From positions 191,067-255,066 of the forward strand of contig JAQUSN010000001.1 in assembly GCA_028715115.1 (NCBI GenBank): a stretch of 64,000 nt of DNA, in the 5' to 3' direction. Source of the stretch: Patescibacteria group bacterium (GTDB taxonomy: Bacteria > Patescibacteriota > Patescibacteriia > UBA2591 > UBA4787). Made by a program: the position numbers and the translations under genes. Below are positions 39,783 through 49,746 of the stretch, in pieces; the first letter of the stretch is position 1, and each line of letters opens with the position of its first letter. Under the pieces are notes generated by a model that was given only the letters and a program-made list of their open reading frames with translations, made no database searches and was not told where the DNA came from.

Positions 39783-41339
39783 ATGCTTAAAATTATGTTT
39801 CGCAAAAGATTAATTCTAAAAGATTTGAAACAACGAAGTTTCAAATTTATCAGCAAGCTGCATCAAGAATTTCCAGTGGCGGAAATTTATTTGGTCGGCG
39901 GCGCGGTTAGAGATTTACTCCTGGGTCGCTTAAGTAAGGACATCGACTTTGTTGTCCGCGGCGTTTCAGCGCAAAAATTGGAAATTTTTTTGGCGAAATA
40001 CGGCAGCGTTAATTTAGTTGGCAAAAATTTTGGCGTATTTAAATTCGTGCCCGAAGGCGGTGATGCCCACAATCCGATTGATATTGCCTTGCCGCGCACC
40101 GAACATTCTTTTGGCACTGGCGGCTATCGAGACTTTGACGTGCAAAGCGATGAAAAATTAAGCATTGAAGAAGATTTGTCGCGCCGTGATTTTACCATCA
40201 ACGCCATGGCGCTTGATATTACTACGCCGAAAAAAATGAAAATTATTGATCCGTTTTTCGGCCTTAAGGATTTAAAGAAAAAAATAATTCGCGCCGTTGG
40301 CAATCCGCTTGATCGTTTCCAGGAAGATTACTCCAGAATGTTAAGAGCAATCCGTTTTTCTTGCCAAACGGGATTTTCCATAGAAAAATCGACGAAACAG
40401 GCCATCAAAGAAAGCGTTGCGCGCTTAAATGATTTTAACCGCGAGGTTACTTTAGTTAATGATGGTGAGCGCGTGGAGAGCGAGGTTTCCGAAACCAGAA
40501 TTATGCCTTATGAAGTCATCGCTAAAGAATTTTTAAAGGCATTTGTTTCCAACCCGGTTAAAGCCTTTGATTTATTCGATGAATTGGGTGTTTTTAAAGA
40601 ATTAATTCCGGAAATGTTGGCCATGAAGGGCTGCCCGCAAGAACCGCGTTTTCATTCCGAGGGCGACGTCTGGCAGCATACGCGATTAACTTTGGAGAAA
40701 TTAGCCTCGAAGAAATTCAAAACAAAATTTCATCAAAAGAAATTAGAAGTTCAATTAGTCGTGGCAGCTCTTTTGCATGATTTGGGCAAGCCATTGACGA
40801 CTAAAACGCCGCAGGAGCACGGAGTCGACAGAATCCGTTCCAACGAACACGATATAGTCGGCGCAAAAATAGCCCGAGTGATTTGCGAACGCCTAAAACT
40901 ATCGAGTCCCGAAGGTATCGGCGTTGATCCACAAAAGATTTCCTGGTTAATTCAGCATCATATGATTTTGGTTCATGGCAATGTCAATGAAATGCGCGAA
41001 AATACCATCGAAAAATATTTCTTTAATAGTGAAATTCCGGGCGATGATTTACTAAAGCTTTCTTGGGCTGACATTGCTGCCACGATTGGCGCTAATGGTA
41101 AATCCGACTTTTCAACCTTTAAGCAAATGCTCGGAAGAACAAATAAACTAAAAAAAATAGCCCGGAAGAAGAAGATTTTGCCGCCGGCACTTTTGTCGGG
41201 TGAAGAGATAATGGAAATACTTTCCATCGGCCCGGGCAAAAAGATCGGAGACTTGAAGGATTTACTGAGAGAAGAGCAGTTGACTGGGCGGATAAAAACC
41301 AAAGCTCAGGCCATAGAATTTTTAAAAAAATTCGAATAA
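39783..41339 (+). CDS. cca: CCA-adding tRNA nucleotidyltransferase with HD domain
   Basis: VGGAVRD, DID, DLSRRDFTINAM, ED..RMLRAIRF, LLHDLGK. Confidence 0.93.
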   Translation: MLKIMFRKRLILKDLKQRSFKFISKLHQEFPVAEIYLVGGAVRDLLLGRLSKDIDFVVRGVSAQKLEIFLAKYGSVNLVGKNFGVFKFVPEGGDAHNPIDIALPRTEHSFGTGGYRDFDVQSDEKLSIEEDLSRRDFTINAMALDITTPKKMKIIDPFFGLKDLKKKIIRAVGNPLDRFQEDYSRMLRAIRFSCQTGFSIEKSTKQAIKESVARLNDFNREVTLVNDGERVESEVSETRIMPYEVIAKEFLKAFVSNPVKAFDLFDELGVFKELIPEMLAMKGCPQEPRFHSEGDVWQHTRLTLEKLASKKFKTKFHQKKLEVQLVVAALLHDLGKPLTTKTPQEHGVDRIRSNEHDIVGAKIARVICERLKLSSPEGIGVDPQKISWLIQHHMILVHGNVNEMRENTIEKYFFNSEIPGDDLLKLSWADIAATIGANGKSDFSTFKQMLGRTNKLKKIARKKKILPPALLSGEEIMEILSIGPGKKIGDLKDLLREEQLTGRIKTKAQAIEFLKKFE

Positions 41340-41356
41340 GGGCCATTGACAATCTT

Positions 41357-42064
41357 ATGAATTTTGATATATTAAATATTCTTTTTGAAGACCCTAACTT
41401 TTTGGTCGTGTTTAAGCCGGCAGGTATTTTAGTTCATCCCGATAAGTACAGCCAAGAAAAAACCTTAATTGACCTGGTTGTTGAGCGATATCCCGAAATT
41501 AAGGCCGTTGGCGGTCCGACGGCTAGCGGACGGCCGGGCATAGTTCATCGTCTCGATAAAGAAGTTTCCGGCCTACTAGTTATCGCCAGAACCGAAGCGG
41601 CCTATCAGAGTCTTTGCCAGCAATTTAAAGATGGTTTGGTAAAAAAAGAATATTTGGCCTTGGTTCACGGCCAACCGGCGTCTACTCATAATATTATTGA
41701 TTTGCCGCTGGCTAGAAACGAAAAGGGCAAAATCATCGCCGTCCAATACCGCAAAGACGTTAAGAACGAGAAGCCGGCGCAAACCGAATATTGGGTCGAG
41801 AAAAAATACGAAAATTCTTCGCTGTTGCGCGTCAGGATTTTGACCGGTCGGACACACCAGATAAGAGTTCACTTGCGCGCCATTAATTGTCCGATTGTCG
41901 GAGACGAGCAGTATGGCTTTAAAGATAAAACTTTTGGCAATGATTTGGGTAGAATTTTTTTGCATTCATCTTACTTGGGATTTAACGATTTGAATAATAA
42001 ATGGGTGGAATTTAAAAGCGATTTGCCGGAAGAACTAATCAACTTTTTATCAAAAATAAAATGA
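41357..42064 (+). CDS. RluA/RluD family pseudouridine synthase
   Basis: KPAGILVHP, GIVHRLDKEVSG, TGRTHQIRVH. Confidence 0.95.
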   Translation: MNFDILNILFEDPNFLVVFKPAGILVHPDKYSQEKTLIDLVVERYPEIKAVGGPTASGRPGIVHRLDKEVSGLLVIARTEAAYQSLCQQFKDGLVKKEYLALVHGQPASTHNIIDLPLARNEKGKIIAVQYRKDVKNEKPAQTEYWVEKKYENSSLLRVRILTGRTHQIRVHLRAINCPIVGDEQYGFKDKTFGNDLGRIFLHSSYLGFNDLNNKWVEFKSDLPEELINFLSKIK

Positions 42065-42612
42065 TTATTACTTTAAGCGGTGGGCCGGGATCGGGCAAAA
42101 CGACCGTGGCAAAGATTCTAGCCGAAAAATTAGGTTATAAATTTTATTCAACGGGCGATCTGAGAGGTCAAATGGCCATGAAACGAGGATTGACCATCGA
42201 TCAATTAAATGAAATAGGCGCCAAGGAAGATTGGACTGATAAAGAGGTAGATAATTTAACCAAAGAAATAGCCGAGAAAGAAGATAATTTGATTTTTGAT
42301 AGCTGGTTGGCCTTCTTTTTCATCCCAAAGTCCTATAAAATATTTTTAGATATTAATCCGCGCGTTGCGGCCGAACGCGTTTTTAAAGATCAACGCCCAG
42401 ACGAAGAGCATTTTGATTCGCCAGATGGCATTGAAAAAATGTTTAATGAACGCTTAGAGCAGAGCCGCCAACGTTATTTAAAATATTATAATGTCGATTT
42501 TTTGGACAAATCGCATTATGATTTAATAATTGATACCACCAATCTATCCCCAGTAGAAAAAGTGGTTGATAAAATTTTAATTAATTTAAAAGATTATGAC
42601 CGAAGAAAATAA
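42061..42612 (+). CDS. cmk: cytidylate kinase (archaeal-type)
   Basis: MIITLSGGPGSGKTT, RYLKYYNVD..YDLIIDT. Confidence 0.88.
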   Translation: MIITLSGGPGSGKTTVAKILAEKLGYKFYSTGDLRGQMAMKRGLTIDQLNEIGAKEDWTDKEVDNLTKEIAEKEDNLIFDSWLAFFFIPKSYKIFLDINPRVAAERVFKDQRPDEEHFDSPDGIEKMFNERLEQSRQRYLKYYNVDFLDKSHYDLIIDTTNLSPVEKVVDKILINLKDYDRRK

Positions 42613-42988
42613 AACTCAAACTGAGGTAACTGAAACCAAAGAATCAAATACTTCAAAAGAAGTCAAAGTTTCTTTACCGGAAATTAAGGTTGGTTCATTG
42701 GTAAAAGTTCACCAAAAAATTAAAGAATTAGACGCCAAGGGAAATCCCAAAGAGCGTGTGCAGATTTTTGAGGGCATTGTGATAGCTCATCATGCCGGCA
42801 AAGAAAAAGGCGCTACTTTTACTGTGCGTAAAATAGCCGCTGACGCTGTTGGTGTTGAAAAGATTTACCCGCTCCACTCACCGACATTAGTGAAAGTAGA
42901 ATTGGTTAAACAGCACAAGGTTCGCCGCGCGAAACTTTACTACTTGCGCTCACAGAAAAAGCATAAAAAAATGAAAGAGATAAAATAA
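42596..42988 (+). CDS. rplS: 50S ribosomal protein L19
   Basis: RVQIFEGIVI, TFTVRK, GVEKIYPLHSP, KVRRAKLYYLR. Confidence 0.97.
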   Translation: MTEENKTQTEVTETKESNTSKEVKVSLPEIKVGSLVKVHQKIKELDAKGNPKERVQIFEGIVIAHHAGKEKGATFTVRKIAADAVGVEKIYPLHSPTLVKVELVKQHKVRRAKLYYLRSQKKHKKMKEIK

Positions 42989-42994
42989 ACACTT

Positions 42995-43077
42995 GCGGAC
43001 GTGGCGGAACGGTATACGCGCATGCTTGAGGTGCATGTGGGAGCAATCCCGTGAGAGTTCAAATCTCTCCGTCCGCA
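42995..43077 (+). tRNA. tRNA-Leu(GAG)
   Basis: gcggacgtggcggaacggtatacgcg-catgc-ttGAGgt-gcatg..cgtccgca. Confidence 0.94.
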
Positions 43078-43086
43078 TAAATATAG

Positions 43087-43161
43087 GGGCCCGTAGCTCA
43101 GCGGTAGAGCACTTCCATGGCATGGAAGGGGTCAGGGGTTCAAGTCCCCTCGGGTCCACCA
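43087..43161 (+). tRNA. tRNA-Ala(GGC)
   Basis: gggcccgtagctcagcggtagagca-cttcc-atGGCat-ggaag..cgggtccacca; G3:U70. Confidence 0.95.
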
Positions 43162-43268
43162 AAAATCAACAAAAACGAGCCATTTTATCGTGGCTCGTTT
43201 TTGTATTGTTAACTTGTTAATTAAAAGGGTGGGATTATAATTAAGGTATAAATATAACCTTAAAATTT

Positions 43269-43862
43269 ATGAGAAGAGCGTTTAGTAAGGTTTTGTTAAT
43301 TATCGTTTTGGCAATAATTTTAGGCGCGGCTTATTTTTTGTGGCAAATCTATGGAAATAAGTGGTTTAATAAAGGCGAAACTACCCAGGCTCCGAAGATT
43401 GAAATTACCGAAAAAGGCGATCAAAAGATAGTGAAAAACCTGACAGATGGGTATCAAGTGGCAATTTATAAAACGTGGAACGTTAATTTTATTAATAAGG
43501 GGCACAACGAAGGGAGTCTAAAATTAACACCACCAAACTATGAAGTGTCTACGGCGGCGACGGAAAGTGATAATAATTGTAATCTAGAGATTTTTATTAA
43601 TAGAAATAATCAAAAATTAACACTTAATAATTGGCTCGAAATTAATAGTCCAGGGGGCATTTTGTCTGAGCAGAATGTTGAAATCGGCGCCGCGCATTTG
43701 CCCGCCGTTAAAGTTATTGGTAATGAACTAGGGGATTATATTGCGGTTTATATTTTAAACCCCATTAATTACAATGTGAACGAAATTGTCCTAAACACAA
43801 ATAGTGAGAAGAAATGCCTTGATGCATTTAATAATTTATTAGATAGTTATTCTATATATTAA
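43269..43862 (+). CDS. membrane-anchored extracellular protein (PsbP-like fold possible)
   Basis: N-terminal TM, GYQVAIYKTW segment. Confidence 0.7.
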   Translation: MRRAFSKVLLIIVLAIILGAAYFLWQIYGNKWFNKGETTQAPKIEITEKGDQKIVKNLTDGYQVAIYKTWNVNFINKGHNEGSLKLTPPNYEVSTAATESDNNCNLEIFINRNNQKLTLNNWLEINSPGGILSEQNVEIGAAHLPAVKVIGNELGDYIAVYILNPINYNVNEIVLNTNSEKKCLDAFNNLLDSYSIY

Positions 43863-43886
43863 TTGAATTGTACAGTACAGTATGGT

Positions 43887-46800
43887 ATGAACGTTGTTTC
43901 TAAATATAGGCTTATAGTCATAATATTTTTAATTTTTCCTCTTTTTGTTTGTTCTAAAATTTGTTTAGCGACGTCCGTTAATTTAAAATTGCCCTATGCC
44001 GATCAGGAAGAATTTAAAATAACAAGGGGTTATAATATTGCGACACACAAAGATTATGGATCATTTGCCAACGACTCCCTCGCTCTAGATTTTGTATTAA
44101 ATGGCTGTGAATCATTTAATAAATCGCACCTAGCAATATCCGATGGATTTATAAGATATCTTAAAATGAGCAACATTGGATATGGGAATACAGTTTTAGT
44201 CCAATATGATAATGGCTTAATTTCGAGATATGCACATTTAGATAAAATTTTAGTTTCCGTGGGCGAAAAAGTGAAAATTGGTCAAATAATAGGGTTAGAG
44301 GGAAATACCGGGAACGTATCGGGTGATTCTTGTCTAGATCATCCCGGAACGCACCTACATTTTGCTGTATATAATTCTGATGGTAGTGCCTATAGACCCG
44401 AGCCAATGTCGGGATACATAAATTTTTTAGCTGGTAATTGGTATATTTCGGATAATAAAATTTACAACCCAAACCACATTTACGCCGAGGCCCCTGACGA
44501 CTCACCCCATATTTTTTGGTGGAAAAGGGTATTAGCCGCCATTGGTAATGCCTTGAATATAGCGGGTGACAATATTCGACAATTTTTTATCGCTTCGCCC
44601 AGCAATTCTCTATCAGGAGAAGATCAAAATCAAATAGAAAATTGGTCGGCGCAAATAGTTTCTAATAATACTACAATTTCGGGCCAGTTAGACCAAGAGA
44701 TAACGCTAATTGCCACTGTCAAAAACACAACTAATCAAACATGGAAACCAATAAATCAGGTTTCCATTAATATTTTTAATCAAACTTCAAAGAATTTGTA
44801 TTCGTCTTCCTGGGCGACTCGTTTGCGTCCGGTAATCTTGAAGAATAACTTAGAGGTGGGTCAATCGACCGATTTGTCTTTTAAAATTAAAATACCATCT
44901 GAATTGGGCGATTATTCAGCCAGGTTTCAATTAGTCTATACTGCCGATGGTATAACTTTTCAAAATTTAGGCAATAATTTCATAGATTGGTCCATTAAAG
45001 CTGAAAAGTTCGCAATTAATCAAGAGTCATCAGCTGAAGACCCTGGCCAGAATATTTTATTACCCCAAGAGGACCAGCTGCCAGATATTTTAAAAGAGAG
45101 CGAAGAATCACAACCTAAGCCACAGGAACTTGTAGGAGGCGGCAGTTCTGCTGATGGCGCGGGTGGTTTAGATGTTAATCCACCAGAAACAACTCTTAAT
45201 AATTTTGACCAGTTGCCCCTCGTTACCAATCAACAGAATATCATTTTTCAATTTACTTCGGATGAAGATAGCTCCAGATTTGATTGCAAATTAGACAATT
45301 CCTTATGGCAACGATGTAGTTCGCCAAAAGAATATTATAATTTAATTGAAGGCGATCACATTTTTAGAGTGCGTGCCATTGATGCATCTAGTAATATTGA
45401 TGATTCTCCGGCCGATTTTTTTTGGCGCATTGATTTAACCTCGCCAGAGATTAGCTTCTTGGCCCGGCCCCCTTCACTGACCAACCAAACCGAAGTAAAT
45501 TTTAATTTTATCGCTGATGATGAGTTCGCAATTTTTGAATGTTCATTAGATGATGCGTTTTGGGAATCATGTTTTGCTCCAAAGAGTTATAATATTTTAG
45601 AAGCAGGCGTGCATTTGTTTTCCGTTCGTGCCCGAGATGCGGCCGGAAATTTTAGTGGCCCCAGCGATATTTATTGGACCATTGACTTAACTGGCCCGAT
45701 TTCAAATATTAATTCAAGCTTTAATCAAACTTATTTTAATCTAATCTCCTGGCCTGATAAAATTTTTGGTTCTACCACCTCGACTATAAGTGATATATTG
45801 CGCGTTGATATTCAAGTAGAGAGGGAAAGCAGCTATTTATATTTAGATTATACTTCTTCCACGCCAATTTGGATTGACGGACTGAATTGGATTGAAGTTG
45901 ATCTAGATAACGACACTTGGAAAATTAATTTAGATCATGAGTTTTTATTAGATGATAAATATTTAGTTTCTTCTCTGGCCAAGGACCGGGCCGGAAACAC
46001 CCAGAGCACTTCTTCGACAGTAGAATTTATTTTTGATCAAACTCCACCGAGTGCACCGACCGACATTGATTTTAATTTTAATCAGGATAGGCGAGAGCTT
46101 TTAATAAATTGGGCTGCGCGGGACAATTTGTCGGGTGTAGATTATTATAATATTTTTTGGCAGGTTGATGGTATGGATAACACAACTTCTACGCCAGACA
46201 ACTTGATTAATTTAATTGTTGAACCAGGATATAATTATTTATTTAAAATCCAGGCCGTTGATCGAGCGGGTAATCAAGGCATTTGGTCAGAAGTCAGTTA
46301 CGTGCCAAAGTTATCATTAGATGGTTGGACTAGAAAGAGAGTCTTAGTTATTGATAATAGTATTGGTGATAAAATTTTAATTAATTTTCCCATTAATATT
46401 GTCATAGATTATCAATCAGAAATGAATCAAGACTTTTCCGACGTTAGGTTTACTGATTCAGACGGCGAAACCTTACTTGATTTCGGTTGGGACGTTGATC
46501 ACGAAGGATTAGAACAAGAACAAGACGGTATTTTGGCGTTAGCAGTAGTTAAAATACCACAACTTTTAGCTAATGAGCAAAAAATAATTTATATGTATTA
46601 CGGCAATAAATATGCTGAATCGGTGGCTAACCTAGAAAACGCCTTGGATTGGTATGATCATTTTAAAATTATTCGTGAAAACTATGACTATCAATGGGTA
46701 ACTTGGGACAACGTCGATTCGGGAATTTTAAAAACTAACTTGCCGAGTTTTATTGGATTCGATGCCTGGATTTCCCTGAAAGCCCCCCTTGAATTAGCAG

Positions 46801-47219
46801 ATTTAGATATTAGTTTTAAGGCTCAGGTAAATCGGGATTATCGTGGCGGTAATGATGTCCAGTTAATGCGTTGGCGCTGGATAGATAATAATTTTTTATT
46901 ACTGGATGCGCATTTTATTGATTTCAATCAGGCCGAGATAAGGCTTTTAAAGGTTGTCGACGGAGTAGCTACAGTATTATATACCTTTTCTGTTGATCCT
47001 CGCAACTGGTTGATTTATGAAATCAAATCGCGCGGTACCCTACACAATATTAAGATCGGCGATTTGGACGAAGTACAAATTAATGTGCCAGAATTAACTT
47101 CAGCTGGCAGGGTGGTTTACATGGCCCTATTGAACAACTATAGCACCATGGATCATTTTTGGACTGATTGGTTCTATGTCCGTCAGGCGGCGGATAACCC
47201 GCCGCAAGTCAGTTGGTAG
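43887..47219 (+). CDS. secreted multidomain protein: M23 peptidase, Ig/FN3-like repeats, DUF2341-like domain
   Basis: H..ALDF, YAHL, HLHF M23 motifs; FRVRAIDASSN / VRARDAAGN / QAVDRAGN repeats; DFSDVRFTDSDG..IYMYYGN. Confidence 0.85.
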   Translation: MNVVSKYRLIVIIFLIFPLFVCSKICLATSVNLKLPYADQEEFKITRGYNIATHKDYGSFANDSLALDFVLNGCESFNKSHLAISDGFIRYLKMSNIGYGNTVLVQYDNGLISRYAHLDKILVSVGEKVKIGQIIGLEGNTGNVSGDSCLDHPGTHLHFAVYNSDGSAYRPEPMSGYINFLAGNWYISDNKIYNPNHIYAEAPDDSPHIFWWKRVLAAIGNALNIAGDNIRQFFIASPSNSLSGEDQNQIENWSAQIVSNNTTISGQLDQEITLIATVKNTTNQTWKPINQVSINIFNQTSKNLYSSSWATRLRPVILKNNLEVGQSTDLSFKIKIPSELGDYSARFQLVYTADGITFQNLGNNFIDWSIKAEKFAINQESSAEDPGQNILLPQEDQLPDILKESEESQPKPQELVGGGSSADGAGGLDVNPPETTLNNFDQLPLVTNQQNIIFQFTSDEDSSRFDCKLDNSLWQRCSSPKEYYNLIEGDHIFRVRAIDASSNIDDSPADFFWRIDLTSPEISFLARPPSLTNQTEVNFNFIADDEFAIFECSLDDAFWESCFAPKSYNILEAGVHLFSVRARDAAGNFSGPSDIYWTIDLTGPISNINSSFNQTYFNLISWPDKIFGSTTSTISDILRVDIQVERESSYLYLDYTSSTPIWIDGLNWIEVDLDNDTWKINLDHEFLLDDKYLVSSLAKDRAGNTQSTSSTVEFIFDQTPPSAPTDIDFNFNQDRRELLINWAARDNLSGVDYYNIFWQVDGMDNTTSTPDNLINLIVEPGYNYLFKIQAVDRAGNQGIWSEVSYVPKLSLDGWTRKRVLVIDNSIGDKILINFPINIVIDYQSEMNQDFSDVRFTDSDGETLLDFGWDVDHEGLEQEQDGILALAVVKIPQLLANEQKIIYMYYGNKYAESVANLENALDWYDHFKIIRENYDYQWVTWDNVDSGILKTNLPSFIGFDAWISLKAPLELADLDISFKAQVNRDYRGGNDVQLMRWRWIDNNFLLLDAHFIDFNQAEIRLLKVVDGVATVLYTFSVDPRNWLIYEIKSRGTLHNIKIGDLDEVQINVPELTSAGRVVYMALLNNYSTMDHFWTDWFYVRQAADNPPQVSW

Positions 47220-47269
47220 GAGTAAATTACCTTTAAATAAAAAACGAGAGCAATCTCGTTTTTTGTATC

Positions 47270-47297
47270 TTGACAAAAGCTAAAAATATGCTAAATT
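47270..47297 (+). promoter_or_regulatory. sigma70-type cassette promoter
   Basis: TTGACAaaagctaaaaatatgcTAAATT. Confidence 0.65.
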
Positions 47298-47343
47298 ATA
47301 GAATAATCCCAATTTCGTCACTTTGAAAGGAGGTGATATTTCA

Positions 47344-47694
47344 ATGAATGACAGAGTAAATCCGAAGATTAAGCAGTTCCTTCAGAGGTACTTCGGTGGG
47401 ACCGACCTGGCCTCGATCATGACATTCCTGGATAAGGGCTTCAGTCTCAACGGCCAGGTAGTCGTTTCCACCATCTTCGTCTCTGCCCAAGAGTGCAGAG
47501 TCCCCGTGACTCGTGTTTTGGCAGAATGCGAGAAAGAGTGGGACAGGAACTGGAACTTCCAACACCCAGAACTCAGAGGAAACCCCGATGCTCCCGGTGG
47601 CGCTGGTATGCAGAACAGGGCTTCCCTCGAAAAGATCTATACCGCTCTCGGTATACCAAGTCCGAGAGAAGGGCGGGCCAGGAAAAGGGTCTGA
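47344..47694 (+). CDS. GC-rich orphan protein
   Basis: AAGGAGGTGA SD, ATG at 47344, hairpin gtcggggctgcc-gta-ggcagccccgac at 47721-47747. Confidence 0.75.
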   Translation: MNDRVNPKIKQFLQRYFGGTDLASIMTFLDKGFSLNGQVVVSTIFVSAQECRVPVTRVLAECEKEWDRNWNFQHPELRGNPDAPGGAGMQNRASLEKIYTALGIPSPREGRARKRV

Positions 47695-47848
47695 GCCCGA
47701 GACTCGCTGTTTCGCAAATCGTCGGGGCTGCCGTAGGCAGCCCCGACTTCTTTATTTAATGAAAGGGCCCAGCTTATTCAGCTAGGGCCCTTCTCTTATA
47801 TGCACGATGTGCATGATACCTCCCCTTGATTGTTAGTGGAGCGCGTTG

Positions 47849-48484
47849 TTATCGAAGCTCCACGGAAGCCACTCTGACTGCGGCGATGAGCAGCCACAGC
47901 ATGAACCACCCTATCTCTTTAAGCAGTCGTTGATTCATCCGAAGATAGAGCGTTCTTAACCACTGCTTGTGCTCCATGCCAACAAACCCAACCGGTTTGG
48001 TGACCAAGAAGCGTTTTTCTTTGCCCATCATTCCAAACAGCACGAACGTCTCGCGACGGAAGGGGCTGAGCCACGAGATTCCGATGTTGAACTCTTTGCC
48101 CTGCTGATCGTACTCACCAAGGCTGTCTTTTCCGAAGTGGAGTAGAGACCCCGCTGCGAACGTTAATGGCCAAATCAATGGCCAGCGCAACAGCAAGGCC
48201 AGTGCAAACCAGACGGTGAGGGCAATGCCGAAATAGAAGGGTTGGTGCAGTATGGTCCGATGATGACCGCGTGAATTGCCCCTTATTTTGGCATCGACGA
48301 CCTTCAGTACGATGTCGAGATCCGGCAGCAACGCAAAGAGAATCGCTGCCGAATAGATCCATGGCCAGTGCTGTCGGAAATAGTGGTCATCGATTGTACC
48401 AAGAGCAGTGCCAATCATCAGACCGCTGCCGATGTCGGCAGTAGCAGCCAGAACGTCACCGAATAAGAGTTTAATTCTGTCCAA
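47849..48484 (-). CDS. GC-rich membrane protein, YdjM-like metal-dependent hydrolase
   Basis: ALLPDLD, HHRTILH, LLHFGKD motifs; TTG start; own promoter at about 48564. Confidence 0.75.
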   Translation of the reverse strand: MDRIKLLFGDVLAATADIGSGLMIGTALGTIDDHYFRQHWPWIYSAAILFALLPDLDIVLKVVDAKIRGNSRGHHRTILHQPFYFGIALTVWFALALLLRWPLIWPLTFAAGSLLHFGKDSLGEYDQQGKEFNIGISWLSPFRRETFVLFGMMGKEKRFLVTKPVGFVGMEHKQWLRTLYLRMNQRLLKEIGWFMLWLLIAAVRVASVELR

Positions 48485-48610
48485 TTTCTCCCGCCTTTCT
48501 GTTTACCATTCGGTCTTCAATCAGTGTTATATCATATAATTTCACATTTTTGCCTTTTTGTCAAGATTATATAATTTTTTGTAAAAAGAATAGCGGGTGA
48601 GTATAGGAGC

Positions 48611-49003
48611 TCACCCGCTCAGAGACAAACTTCGATTGGATTGGACCTTCTCTTGCCAGTATCCCATCAACGAGAGAGCGTAGCCGAAGGCTACATAGCC
48701 AGCGACCAGCACGACGAGCATCACTGGCGAGAAAATGAGTTTCGGCCAGAGATATAGCGCGGCAAATCCGCTCAGAAGTATTCCTGACAGTATGACACCC
48801 GCGGCGAAAGAACCCTTACCCCTTCTCACCGACCCTAGCATAAGGCCGGTGACCATAATGAAGTGTGGAAGGAAACGGGCTATCATCTCTGCGTTGAAAT
48901 TGTGCCGAAGCGTGCCGCTGTTTATCACGGCATAGCCTCCCAGCAACCATGCCGCAACATAAGCAGCCATCAGGAAGGCACATCGGAGTACGTGTCGTAT
49001 CAT
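48611..49003 (-). CDS. GC-rich orphan 4-TM membrane protein
   Basis: GGAGG SD, TTGACA at about 49060, hairpin overlapping the stop at 48592-48619. Confidence 0.75.
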   Translation of the reverse strand: MIRHVLRCAFLMAAYVAAWLLGGYAVINSGTLRHNFNAEMIARFLPHFIMVTGLMLGSVRRGKGSFAAGVILSGILLSGFAALYLWPKLIFSPVMLVVLVAGYVAFGYALSLMGYWQEKVQSNRSLSLSG

Positions 49004-49206
49004 GCAATCCTCCAGTTTTTAGATCTTAACCATTATTCTATATTTTTGACCTTTTGTCAAGATCATATTTTTAATTATTTTTCTTGCTATTAAAATTTTA
49101 ATATCGTTCTATATAGCCTAAGATTAAAAACAAAGAGGACCTTGATCGAAGATCAAGGTCCGTCTCGCATGTTCACGTTGCCTCCTTTCTAGGCGTTTGC
49201 CTAGTC

Positions 49207-49407
49207 TTACGACTGCGCTGATTCCTTCTGTTTCTTTTCTTTGCCCGCTTCGACGGCATCCGATATGATCGCCACAATAGCGGAGCAGGAGAGGAGAACC
49301 ATCGTCATCACGAGCATTCGTTGAACGAATGTCGGGAAAGAGATGATCGTGATGATCGCCGCCCCGACAAACCACAGTCTGCCGAACAGATAGAGAGGGT
49401 TATGCAT
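49207..49407 (-). CDS. GC-rich orphan 2-TM small protein
   Basis: AAGGAG SD, TTGACA..TAAGAT promoter at about 49431-49459, hairpin at 49137-49160. Confidence 0.7.
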   Translation of the reverse strand: MHNPLYLFGRLWFVGAAIITIISFPTFVQRMLVMTMVLLSCSAIVAIISDAVEAGKEKKQKESAQS

Positions 49408-49551
49408 AATATCTCCTTAGTTGTATTAATATCTTAGCATATTTTTGCCTTTTTGTCAATCCTTATTTTTTTAGAAAGTGAGGGGGGTTAAGATAAGATT
49501 TTTTGTAAATTTAATGGAGCGGACTTGCAGTCCGCTCCACTTGGTAGGCAG

Positions 49552-49746
49552 TCATTCCTCCTCGATCCAGACCTGGGTATCGGCCCTGGCGACGCCTATC
49601 GTGAGGTGTCCCAGATTGCCCTGCTCGTCAACTGATGTTGCTGATCCGGATTCCCCTTTCAGGAAGCGTACCTGCTTTCCTTCCCACTCCATCCAGAAGA
49701 ACCTTCCTGCTGGCACAGAGTCCCAATAAGTCTGTCGTTTATTCAT
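49552..49746 (-). CDS. GC-rich orphan small beta-rich protein
   Basis: AAGGAG-tgctc-ATG; TTGACA at about 49793; hairpin tggagcggac-ttgca-gtccgctcca at 49515-49539. Confidence 0.7.
   Translation of the reverse strand: MNKRQTYWDSVPAGRFFWMEWEGKQVRFLKGESGSATSVDEQGNLGHLTIGVARADTQVWIEEE

Noticed and set aside
43887-47219. Diversity-generating retroelement target or template repeats
   Set aside because: No reverse transcriptase and no ~100-nt repeat pair differing at adenines was seen in the window.
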